IMG/VR virus record: IMGVR_UViG_3300017560_000009
Location: 1 to 64,000 of that record
DNA: 64,000 nucleotides
From: a virus
Lineage: Duplodnaviria > Caudoviricetes
Reading direction: 5' to 3' (one strand)
The translations under genes and the position numbers were made by a program. Positions 26,736 through 34,921 of this stretch are shown here, piece by piece. The notes beneath the pieces were generated by a model. That model worked only from the letters and a program-made list of their open reading frames with translations. It had not been told where the DNA came from and did not search any database. Each line of letters starts with the position of its first letter. Position 1 is the stretch's first letter.

Positions 26736-28178
26736 ATGCAAGGCTATACCCAAATACCGGAGTCACAGCGCGTATCGGACTCGTTGCCGATGCTGCTGAA
26801 CAACGACCTGACGGCGATCTCGCGCAACAGCGGTACGGCGTTCCCCACGGCCGGTCTCCAAGTGGGCATGTCCTTCCTGCATCTGACCGAGCGCAAGCTG
26901 TACCGTTTGGACAGCGTGTCGCCCATTACCTGGGCGCTGGAACTCGACCTGACGCGCCAGCTCGTCTACAACGACACCGTGGCGTTGCTCCAGATCGACA
27001 TCGCCTCGAAGATCCCGCTGGCTGGAGGGGTCATGACCGGGTTGCTCACGCTGTCCGGCAACCCCGTCAACCTGATGCACGCGGCCAACAAGCAGTACGT
27101 GGACACCGCGATGGCCACGGCTTCCGCGTCCGCCAATACGCGGGTGCTGCGCACGGGCGACACCATGACCGGCCCGCTGACGCTTCCCGGTGATCCATCC
27201 TTGGATCTTCATGCCGCGACGAAGCGCTACGCTGACTACCTGTACAACTTGTCAAACCAGAACAAGCTGGGCAAGGTCGGCGATACGGTGAACGAGATCT
27301 ACAACACCGGATGGTTCCGTTCGGTCGGCGCTGTGGGCTGGTACAACCAGACTTATGGAGGCGGCATCACGATGTCGGATGCCTCCTGGGTCCGTGTCTA
27401 TGGCAGCAAGGGCTTCTTGACCGACTGGCACCAGTTGATTGCTGGCGGTCAGATCTACACCTCGCGCTACGGCTACCTCGAAAACGCCTTCGCCGCCAAG
27501 GGCGCTGAAGATCGCGTCTACGCAGCCGGCACCTACGACGAAGGCGCAGGCGTCTGGTATCGACCCGGCAGCTACTATCTCGTCCGCTCCGGCGCGTACA
27601 TCTATCTCGTGCGGCCCAAGGCCAACTGCAACTGCGACTGCAACTGCTCCTGCTTCCCGGCCGGCACGATGGTGCTGATGGCCGATGGCACGCAGAAGCC
27701 TATCGAACAGGTGCAGGTCGGCGATATGGTCATGGCCTGGGACGGCTCGGCCGACGAAGTGGTCGAGATGGAAACCCCGATCCTGGGGGATCGTCGCCTG
27801 ATGCGCTTGACCGATGGCTCGCTATCCTGGTCCGAAGAGCATCTGCTGTGGACCCGCCAGGAAGGCAAGGAATGGTGGGGATGCGCCAACCGCAACCAGT
27901 GGTACTCCGAAGTGCTGGTGGACCACATCAAGGGTCTGCCTGACAACGCCTCGCTGCGTGACATCGGCGATCAAGTCGAGCTGGCTCACGTCTCTGGCTG
28001 GGTCAACCGTGAAGTCACGGGCCAGCAGGAAGATCCCAACACCCAGCTCTACCTGCCGCGCACGAAGCGCACGCACATGATCATCGTCAACGGCTATCTG
28101 GCCGGCGCGGGCGTCGATGGTTTCTCGATGGACTACAACGAAGTGAACTGGACGGGGATTCCCAATGTTGCTGCATAA
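26736..28178 (+). CDS. Tail fibre protein ending in a CxCxCxC motif plus a Hint domain
   Basis: Two GxxMTGxLTL...AA(N/T)KxY(V/A)D fibre repeats and a GWFRS..GWYNQTYGGG segment; NCNCDCNCS at 27624-27650; Hint start CFPAGTMVLMADG at 27651, SEEH block B and HMIIVNGYL block. Confidence 0.85.
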   Translation: MQGYTQIPESQRVSDSLPMLLNNDLTAISRNSGTAFPTAGLQVGMSFLHLTERKLYRLDSVSPITWALELDLTRQLVYNDTVALLQIDIASKIPLAGGVMTGLLTLSGNPVNLMHAANKQYVDTAMATASASANTRVLRTGDTMTGPLTLPGDPSLDLHAATKRYADYLYNLSNQNKLGKVGDTVNEIYNTGWFRSVGAVGWYNQTYGGGITMSDASWVRVYGSKGFLTDWHQLIAGGQIYTSRYGYLENAFAAKGAEDRVYAAGTYDEGAGVWYRPGSYYLVRSGAYIYLVRPKANCNCDCNCSCFPAGTMVLMADGTQKPIEQVQVGDMVMAWDGSADEVVEMETPILGDRRLMRLTDGSLSWSEEHLLWTRQEGKEWWGCANRNQWYSEVLVDHIKGLPDNASLRDIGDQVELAHVSGWVNREVTGQQEDPNTQLYLPRTKRTHMIIVNGYLAGAGVDGFSMDYNEVNWTGIPNVAA

Positions 28179-28887
28179 ATCTTTCGTGGATCCCGCCCTC
28201 GTGTTCCAGGAGAACGAGGAAGAAGCCAAGAAGTGGTCCTTGACGATTCGTGTCCAGGCCACTCCGACTGGCTTCATCATGTCATCATCGGAATACTCGC
28301 TCTACTGGCAATTTGACTACACGAAGCTGGCGCACGGTGATGACATGATGTACATCGTGCAAGACCGTGGCCAGCAAGTGAAGTACATCTGGAAGTCCGA
28401 GTTCGCCAACTCCAAGGACGGGCTGGCTGCTGCGCTCCAGCGCAACAACATCGACTCCTTCTCACCGCTGGCCGTGATCGCTATCGGCCGCAGTACCAGC
28501 GACTGGGCGGCGCTCTTCATGACGAACACGACCCAGACCCTGGGCGAGTTCGTGAAGCTGGACTCCAAGTACGAGCGCATGCGCAGCGACCATATCTTGA
28601 TGGACATGGCCCCGTCGATGGCTCCCATGATCCAGGCCTATGACGACAAGATGGCGCTGCTGCGCAAGATCCGCACCAACGATTCCATCGCGGCGCTGGA
28701 GTCCCAGGTGGATCTGCTGACGACCTGGGTGGCCGCGCTGATCCCGGAGGAATTCCGAGACCAGTTGCTGGAGGTCATAGCTTCAAGGAATAAAGATACC
28801 AAAGTGGTTTTTGATGATATGCTTGCGTTCAAACAGCGCCTGCGTACTGCGGTGGGCGATTACCAACGCACCAAGAACCCGTCATGA
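28165..28887 (+). CDS. Hypothetical protein coupled to the fibre and radical SAM genes
   Basis: Overlaps the fibre stop and the rSAM start (ATGA); helical C-terminus DSIAALESQVDLLT. Confidence 0.75.
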   Translation: MLLHKSFVDPALVFQENEEEAKKWSLTIRVQATPTGFIMSSSEYSLYWQFDYTKLAHGDDMMYIVQDRGQQVKYIWKSEFANSKDGLAAALQRNNIDSFSPLAVIAIGRSTSDWAALFMTNTTQTLGEFVKLDSKYERMRSDHILMDMAPSMAPMIQAYDDKMALLRKIRTNDSIAALESQVDLLTTWVAALIPEEFRDQLLEVIASRNKDTKVVFDDMLAFKQRLRTAVGDYQRTKNPS

Positions 28888-30242
28888 CCACCTTTGTTCT
28901 CAAGACGGTCGATGCCAACGGCGTCGGCCGTGATTTTTTGTACAACAACATGGCGAGCGTGCTGCGCGATTACGCGACCAGCAACAAGCTCCTGCCGGGT
29001 GTGACGCAAGAGAAGGTCACGCCCACTAAGCCCGTCATGCTGACCTGGGGTAAGAGCCGCGAGGTCCGCGTGCTGAAGATCCAGCTGGGCTTGTCCTGCA
29101 ACTACTCCTGCGAATACTGCCTCCAGCGCTTCGTGCCTTTCGAGCAAGACACGAGCGCCCAGGACGTGGAAGCCTTCTTGGCTAGTCTGGAAGCCAACGT
29201 GGTGTTGGCCCCCGATGCCAAGATCCAGTTCTGGGGCGGCGAACCCCTGGTCTACTGGAAGACCATGTTCCCCCTGGCGCGTGCGCTGCGCGCCCGCTAC
29301 CCCGAGGTCGAATTCTCGGTCATCACCAATGGTTCGCTCATGGACCCGGAGAAGGCGCTGTTCCTGTTGGAGCTGGGCTTCACGGTCTCCATCTCGCACG
29401 ATGGCCCTGGCCAAGCTGTGCGTGGTGAAGACCCCTTCGACAACCCGAAGACCAAGCAGGCGATCTTGATGCTCTACAACCGCCTGCGTCCCCTCGACCG
29501 GATCTCGTTCAACGCGATGATCCACAAGAACAACCAGAGCCGCGCAGCGGTGCAGAAGTTCTTCCAGGAGCTGACCGGCGACGAGGACGTGCCGATAGGG
29601 GAGGGCAGCTTCATCGACGCCTACGATGAAGGCGGCATGATGCACACCGCCATGACCGATCAAGAGCACATCGACTACCGCAGACTGGCCTACGATGAGA
29701 TCTCCAACGGCCAAGCGTTGAACTTCGGCACGATCACGCACAAGATCCGCGACTTCTTCGAGACACTGGATACGGGCCGAAGCGCCTACCACGTCTGGCA
29801 GAAGTGCGGCATGGACAAGGACGACCGCATCGCCGTCACGCTCAAGGGCGATGTGCTGACCTGCCAGAACGTCTCGACCACTTCGACCGCAGCCAATGGT
29901 GCGCCCCACCATGCTGGCAACATCGAGAAGATGGAAGAAGTGAAGATCGAGACCAGCACGCACTGGCTCTCGCGGCCCAACTGCCGGTCTTGTCCGGTTT
30001 TGCAGTTGTGCCGTGGCTCGTGCATGTACCTGCAAGGCCCGCTGTGGGAGGCCAGCTGTGCAGCCGCCTACAGCGACAACGTGGTCCTACTGGCGGTGGC
30101 TATCAAGGAGCTGACTGGCCACCAGCTGGTGTCTATCGAACCCCTGGAAGACTCGCTGCCTGAAGTGCGGCGCAACGTCTTCGCAGACCCAACTACCAAG
30201 AACCCGGCTCGGAAAGTCATTCCGATCACCCTGGAGAAGTAA
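28884..30242 (+). CDS. Radical SAM enzyme with a SPASM domain (anSME/peptide-maturase-like)
   Basis: CNYSCEYC (CxxxCxxC) at 29097-29120, FWGGEPL, ITNGSL, ISHDG; SPASM C-x13-G-x4-C ... CxxC-x5-C-x3-C-x11-C at 29805-30059. Confidence 0.93.
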   Translation: MTTFVLKTVDANGVGRDFLYNNMASVLRDYATSNKLLPGVTQEKVTPTKPVMLTWGKSREVRVLKIQLGLSCNYSCEYCLQRFVPFEQDTSAQDVEAFLASLEANVVLAPDAKIQFWGGEPLVYWKTMFPLARALRARYPEVEFSVITNGSLMDPEKALFLLELGFTVSISHDGPGQAVRGEDPFDNPKTKQAILMLYNRLRPLDRISFNAMIHKNNQSRAAVQKFFQELTGDEDVPIGEGSFIDAYDEGGMMHTAMTDQEHIDYRRLAYDEISNGQALNFGTITHKIRDFFETLDTGRSAYHVWQKCGMDKDDRIAVTLKGDVLTCQNVSTTSTAANGAPHHAGNIEKMEEVKIETSTHWLSRPNCRSCPVLQLCRGSCMYLQGPLWEASCAAAYSDNVVLLAVAIKELTGHQLVSIEPLEDSLPEVRRNVFADPTTKNPARKVIPITLEK

Positions 30243-30244
30243 AA

Positions 30245-30658
30245 ATGGAAAACCCTCAAGCAGCCCAACCCGAAGGCCTCTCGCCGGAAGTCGCCAACGT
30301 CTTGATCAAGACGCTTCAGGACCAGCGCAACACCGCCCATGATGAGCTGGCCAAGGCGCTCACGAACGTCACGCTGCTGACCCAGCAGGGCCAGCAGTTC
30401 CTGGAACAGCACACGATGTTGAACAAGGCTTACGACGAGCTGATCAAGAACTTCTCGGCCGTCGAAGAAGAGGCCGTCGCGCTGCGCGCCGCGAATGCCG
30501 CCTTGACCGCCAAGCTGGAGCAAGCCCAGGCTCCGCAACCCGGCGTGGTCAGCACGCTCATGACGGCCGACAATCCCCCGGCCGTGATGCCTCCCAGTCA
30601 CCAAGACCCTCTTGCGCCGACTGGCGGGCCGGTGACGGCGAGGGGGTCGGAAAGTTGA
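30245..30658 (+). CDS. Coiled-coil hypothetical protein
   Basis: Starts 2 nt after the rSAM stop; heptad-rich LQDQRNTAHDELAKAL... Confidence 0.7.
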   Translation: MENPQAAQPEGLSPEVANVLIKTLQDQRNTAHDELAKALTNVTLLTQQGQQFLEQHTMLNKAYDELIKNFSAVEEEAVALRAANAALTAKLEQAQAPQPGVVSTLMTADNPPAVMPPSHQDPLAPTGGPVTARGSES

Positions 30659-30782
30659 CGGCCCGGAGGTCGTGCTGGAAGAGGCGGTGAGCCGATTCTG
30701 GAAGCGAGTGAAAGGGTGGGCTAGGGTAGCGTGGGAAAAGCGCACCATGGCCTGGAAATCGAAGCCCTGAACCTCTATGCAC

Positions 30783-30805
30783 AAGCGCCCGCAAGGGCGC
30801 TTTTT
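30783..30805 (+). terminator. Rho-independent terminator closing the fibre/rSAM module
   Basis: AAGCGCCC-GCAA-GGGCGCTT-TTT. Confidence 0.8.
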
Positions 30806-30876
30806 CATGCCAGAAAACCTTTGGGAAGGCTAGTCCTTCCCGGTTAGAATCATCCAACCTTCACTGGAGCATAAAA

Positions 30877-31407
30877 GTGATCATCACCCCCCAACAACTC
30901 AAGCGGATCATGCCCAACGCATCCATCGCCAACACGGAGATCTATGCTCCCTTGTTGACGAAGCACATGATCAAGTGGCACATCGACACGTTCGAGCAAG
31001 CCACGGCTTTCATTGCCAACGTTGGTCATGAAAGCGGCGAGTTGAAGTACACGGAAGAGATCGCTAGTGGAGCGGCTTACGAAGGCCGCAAGGATCTGGG
31101 GAACACTGAACCCGGTGATGGGAAGCGCTACAAAGGAAGAGGGCTGATTCAACTGACGGGCCGCACGAACTACCTGCTCATGGGCCTGATGCTGGATCAA
31201 GATTTCATCAACAACCCAACCTTGCTCATGCAACCTGAGTTCGCGTCGGAGAGTGCTGCGGCCTTTTGGTGGAACAACTATTTGGACAAGGTGGCAACTT
31301 CAGCGTCCAAGTTCATCACCGTGGTCAAACGCATCAACGGCGGCACCAACGGCATAGACCACCGCGAACAGCTGTACAAGAATGCGCGTAAGGTTCTCGC
31401 GGAGTAA
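30877..31407 (+). CDS. Endolysin, glycoside hydrolase family 19
   Basis: GHESGEL...YEGRKDLGN...GDGKRYKGRGLIQLTGRTNY...RINGGTNG. Confidence 0.92.
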   Translation: MIITPQQLKRIMPNASIANTEIYAPLLTKHMIKWHIDTFEQATAFIANVGHESGELKYTEEIASGAAYEGRKDLGNTEPGDGKRYKGRGLIQLTGRTNYLLMGLMLDQDFINNPTLLMQPEFASESAAAFWWNNYLDKVATSASKFITVVKRINGGTNGIDHREQLYKNARKVLAE

Positions 31408-31410
31408 GCA

Positions 31411-31821
31411 ATGAACCATAACGACTTCATCGGCCGGCTAATGTTCACGTCTTGGGCAGTTGTCGTGGTCATCCTGGCTGTCACTCCGTCTGACTCCATC
31501 CCGGAACTGAGTACGATGTACGGAGGGAAGTTCCTCACGACACTCCTGGCGCTCGCATGCCTGTTCCTGGTGTCTGACCTAGTGATTAACGACTTCATGC
31601 CCGCTCGTTTCGTGTTTCGCAGCGCTACCAAGTGGCGCACCTGGGCTTATATCCTCTCGTCGTTCGTCTTTACCGCCCACCTGTTCGTGGTGATGCGTTC
31701 CATTGGTTTCATCGAAGGTGGAACCATCGCGCTTTACACGACCATGGTGGTCTTTGGCTTGCTGCTCTCGTTTCGCAACATCTTCTGCCTTCGAGGGAAA
31801 AAGCGTGCAACCCATCATTAA
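31411..31821 (+). CDS. Membrane protein in the lysis cassette (holin/antiholin-like)
   Basis: About 4 hydrophobic segments with a basic C-terminus. Confidence 0.6.
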   Translation: MNHNDFIGRLMFTSWAVVVVILAVTPSDSIPELSTMYGGKFLTTLLALACLFLVSDLVINDFMPARFVFRSATKWRTWAYILSSFVFTAHLFVVMRSIGFIEGGTIALYTTMVVFGLLLSFRNIFCLRGKKRATHH

Positions 31822-32215
31822 ATATTTGGCCGCTATGACGGCCATGCTGTGGGGCGTGACCTTCACCGCTGCGGTACGCGCTGAAGGTATCGGATATCGC
31901 ATTGGCGCAGACCTTGCGAGCATCCCGTTTTCTGCATACGTGATCGTCACGATGCTCAGTGGTATCGGAGGTTTCGTTTCGACACTCATCCGGCTTTCCA
32001 ACGAGCCTGATGAGAAGCTGGCACGTTGGAAGCTGCTTGTCCTACGCGATATGGCAGCGTCGTTGCTGGCTGGCGTGGTGGTGTTCTTCTGGAGCGAAGC
32101 TTCGCAGTGGTCTACCGCGAATGCTGCCATCATGATCACGCTGGCTGGGTTTGGCGGCACCAAGGTGCTAGACATCTTGGTCGATAAGTTCATCGCCAAA
32201 AGGGAGCCGCAATGA
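31805..32215 (+). CDS. Putative holin
   Basis: GTG start; 3-4 TM segments, LAGFGGTKVLDIL, charged C-terminus. Confidence 0.65.
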   Translation: MQPIIKYLAAMTAMLWGVTFTAAVRAEGIGYRIGADLASIPFSAYVIVTMLSGIGGFVSTLIRLSNEPDEKLARWKLLVLRDMAASLLAGVVVFFWSEASQWSTANAAIMITLAGFGGTKVLDILVDKFIAKREPQ

Positions 32216-32778
32216 AGATGATCTCGCTACAGACCACCATCATTGCGGCCGCAATAGCACTCGCTACCGGGGGCATTGCTGGGTCTCTGACGGCCTGGAG
32301 TCTTACCAAGAACCACTACGTCGCAAAGATCGAGAAACAACAACGTGAAGCGAGTGAGCAAGCCCGCGTTGCCGAACAACAGTTCAACACCAAGGTTGCC
32401 AACCTCAATTCTGATAGCGCCAAGAGGTTGGATCAAGTTTCAACAGCTTTTCAAGAGAAACTGAATGCTGCGGAGAAGAAATATGAGGATGTTGCTGCCC
32501 TTATTGCTGATGGCACTTACAGCTTGCGCGACCCCGGCACCAGTAGCTCCTGTGAAGTACCCAAGGATCGAAGTGTCGCCGCCGCCAGCAGCGGTAATGG
32601 TCAAGCGGGAGGCCAACTTTCGGCAAAGGCTACTCGATTTCTTTGGGGGGAAGCCGAACGTGCCGACCTCATCACCGAGCAACTAGCCGCGACCCAAGAG
32701 GTAGCCGCTGCCTACTGGCAACTGATCAACAAGTACGGGTTGGAGATTGAAGCTTTGACCCTCACCATGCAAAGGTAG
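32212..32778 (+). CDS. Inner-membrane spanin (Rz-like)
   Basis: N-terminal TM segment followed by a coiled coil. Confidence 0.8.
   Translation: MKMISLQTTIIAAAIALATGGIAGSLTAWSLTKNHYVAKIEKQQREASEQARVAEQQFNTKVANLNSDSAKRLDQVSTAFQEKLNAAEKKYEDVAALIADGTYSLRDPGTSSSCEVPKDRSVAAASSGNGQAGGQLSAKATRFLWGEAERADLITEQLAATQEVAAAYWQLINKYGLEIEALTLTMQR
32483..32686 (+). CDS. Outer-membrane spanin (Rz1-like), fully embedded in Rz in another frame
   Basis: MRMLLPLLLMALTA-C lipobox followed by a Pro-rich chain. Confidence 0.85.
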   Translation: MRMLLPLLLMALTACATPAPVAPVKYPRIEVSPPPAAVMVKREANFRQRLLDFFGGKPNVPTSSPSN

Positions 32779-32782
32779 TCGC

Positions 32783-33400
32783 ATGACCCAACAACTAATG
32801 CCGACCAACGTGGCGGGCCAGCAAGTCATCTTGGTCGTGTCCCCTGTTGTGGCCAACGGAGATTCCATCGTGCCTCTCAGAATGCTTTACGGGAGCGGCG
32901 CTCCTGGCAACAACGTCGGTGACGACAAAGAGTTCTATCTGAACATCGACAACTACCGCCTGTATGGTCCGAAGATCGGTGGGCTGTGGGGCGATGGCTA
33001 TCTGCTGAAGGGCGACAAGGGCGATGCCGGCCAGAACGGCAAGATCAACATGGAGACCATCGCCACGCTGGTCGGTGGCACGGGGTCTCCCTTCACCTTC
33101 AACCTGGATCTGTCGCAAGAAGCGTCGATGTTCACTCTGGTGCTCCAGGCTGATGAAAACGCCATCATGCTGCAAAACACGAGCGCGCCCGAAGGCATGG
33201 CTCGTACCTTCACGATGATCCTGCAACAAGGCACCGGAAGCAGCCGCGTGACGACCTGGGATCCGCGCATCCGCTGGCCGGATAACGTGAAGCCCACGCT
33301 GTCGTTCCAAAGCGGCATGCGTGACATCTTCCACTTCGTGTCGCTGGACCGTGGTGACTCGTTCATCCCGTTCTACCTCGGCGGCAACTTCCCGGTGTAA
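32783..33400 (+). CDS. Virion/tail accessory protein
   Basis: Short collagen-like KGDKGDAG; C-terminal beta domain TMILQQGTGSSRVTTW...PTLS...DIFHF typical of fibre ends. Confidence 0.6.
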   Translation: MTQQLMPTNVAGQQVILVVSPVVANGDSIVPLRMLYGSGAPGNNVGDDKEFYLNIDNYRLYGPKIGGLWGDGYLLKGDKGDAGQNGKINMETIATLVGGTGSPFTFNLDLSQEASMFTLVLQADENAIMLQNTSAPEGMARTFTMILQQGTGSSRVTTWDPRIRWPDNVKPTLSFQSGMRDIFHFVSLDRGDSFIPFYLGGNFPV

Positions 33401-33403
33401 GTC

Positions 33404-34918
33404 ATGCGCAACATTGTCGCCAGTGCTTTCTCCCGCAACTCTCCCTTCGCGCAAAACGCGAAGATGATGGGCGTCGGCTTCGTGGAGTTCCTGAAGCTGA
33501 AGACGGGCTTCGCCGACGCCACGCATCCATGGACGAACTACGTGGTCAACGACGTGGGCGTCATCGCCAACACGCTGACTGGCACGGACATGGGCAACGG
33601 CTGGACCGACCACACTGCGGTCTCGCTGGATCAGATGGAGCTGATGCAGGGTGCGTTCGCCATGTGGAAGGCCACGGGCGAGCCGCGCTATTACACCCTC
33701 TTCATGCAGACCTTGACCGCGTATCGCACGTACTTCTACGCTGGCCAGCCTGTGCCTCCGTTCGCGCAGATCTGGCGCGCCAACTACATCGTCAATGCCC
33801 GCGAGCCGTTCACCTTGAATGGTCAGACGGTGGCGCGCAACCAGCCCTACGATCCTCTGCCTCCGGGTGGTGGGACGGTCGTGACCGATCCTGCGCTCAT
33901 GGGCAACTACACGTTTGCGGATCTGTCGCTGGCAGAACTGCTGTCCCAGGCCTTCTCGTTCACAGCGGAGCGCGACTTCCAGGCGATGTTCAACTCGGTC
34001 GTCTACACCGCGTTCGACTTCCTGGCCAACATGGAACAAGGTAACGCGGGGGTGAGCCTTCCCTACGTGCCTGGGGCCGCGCCTGGAACCATCGGCATGA
34101 CGCCACGATTGTTCCGCAAGGACTCGTGGAGCGGCATGTGCTTTCTGGCCATGCAGTATCCTTCAGCCATGGCGACGGCCGGTCGTGCAGACGAGATGAT
34201 CAACGTCATCAACCTGTACACGGACTCGCAGGATGCGTACCTCTCGGCCAAGGCCATTGATGGTCCGTTCTACACGACGTACCTGTGGGACCGTCCTGGA
34301 AACCCTGATCCTGGCGGCTTCCCGTGGGCGAACTCCGGGCTGAACAACGACAACGCCCGAGCCTTCCTGAACATGGCCCGCCTGATGCTCACGCTGCATG
34401 AGCGCAATGGCACGCCGATCCCGGAACCCGAGCGCATCTGCACGCGGCACGCTGAATGGCTCTATGCCTACGTGCAAGCCAACAACGAGCTGCCCACGTT
34501 CAATGATCCGATGGATCCGATCAACGCGACCGCGCCGGGAATCTACGGCCCGACCGCCGCGCTGTATCTGACCGGCCTCGTGTTCATGGCGCGTGCTGGC
34601 TACGACACGCCCGAGATGCAGACGCTTCGCACGTTCTGCTTCAACAAGCTGTCGTCGTTCTACGCCATCACGCGCTCGCCCGTCGATATGTCCGGGGCGT
34701 TCACGCCGGACGCTGCGAATCGGAACTTCACGTCAGCGCACGGTGGCATGGCGCTGCGTGCTCTGGGAGAATTCATCTCCTGGGAAACTCGCAACGACCC
34801 TGCTGTGGTTCGACCTGTTGGTCTGGCGCGTGTGATGCTGGAAAACGAATCGGGGTTCGTGCGCGTGGAAACCGCCGATGGTGTTGTGTTGAAAGAAGAA
34901 TCTCAAGCCGAGGAATAA
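33404..34918 (+). CDS. Large hypothetical protein, possibly an (alpha/alpha)6 glycosidase-like virion protein
   Basis: Helical repeats such as LMQGAFAMWKATGEPRYY loosely resemble six-hairpin glycosidases; catalytic residues not confirmed. Confidence 0.4.
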   Translation: MRNIVASAFSRNSPFAQNAKMMGVGFVEFLKLKTGFADATHPWTNYVVNDVGVIANTLTGTDMGNGWTDHTAVSLDQMELMQGAFAMWKATGEPRYYTLFMQTLTAYRTYFYAGQPVPPFAQIWRANYIVNAREPFTLNGQTVARNQPYDPLPPGGGTVVTDPALMGNYTFADLSLAELLSQAFSFTAERDFQAMFNSVVYTAFDFLANMEQGNAGVSLPYVPGAAPGTIGMTPRLFRKDSWSGMCFLAMQYPSAMATAGRADEMINVINLYTDSQDAYLSAKAIDGPFYTTYLWDRPGNPDPGGFPWANSGLNNDNARAFLNMARLMLTLHERNGTPIPEPERICTRHAEWLYAYVQANNELPTFNDPMDPINATAPGIYGPTAALYLTGLVFMARAGYDTPEMQTLRTFCFNKLSSFYAITRSPVDMSGAFTPDAANRNFTSAHGGMALRALGEFISWETRNDPAVVRPVGLARVMLENESGFVRVETADGVVLKEESQAEE

Positions 34919-34921
34919 GAG

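Noticed and set aside
27651-28178. A true splicing intein in the fibre gene
   Set aside because: It has no terminal His-Asn plus nucleophile and no endonuclease insert; it was treated as a cleavage-type Hint domain instead.
28884-30242. rSAM as QueE/7-deazaguanine or thymidine-hypermodification enzyme
   Set aside because: It has a full SPASM domain and sits in the tail module; no queC/queD/folE/dpdA or 5hmU pathway genes are seen, and ThyX is present.
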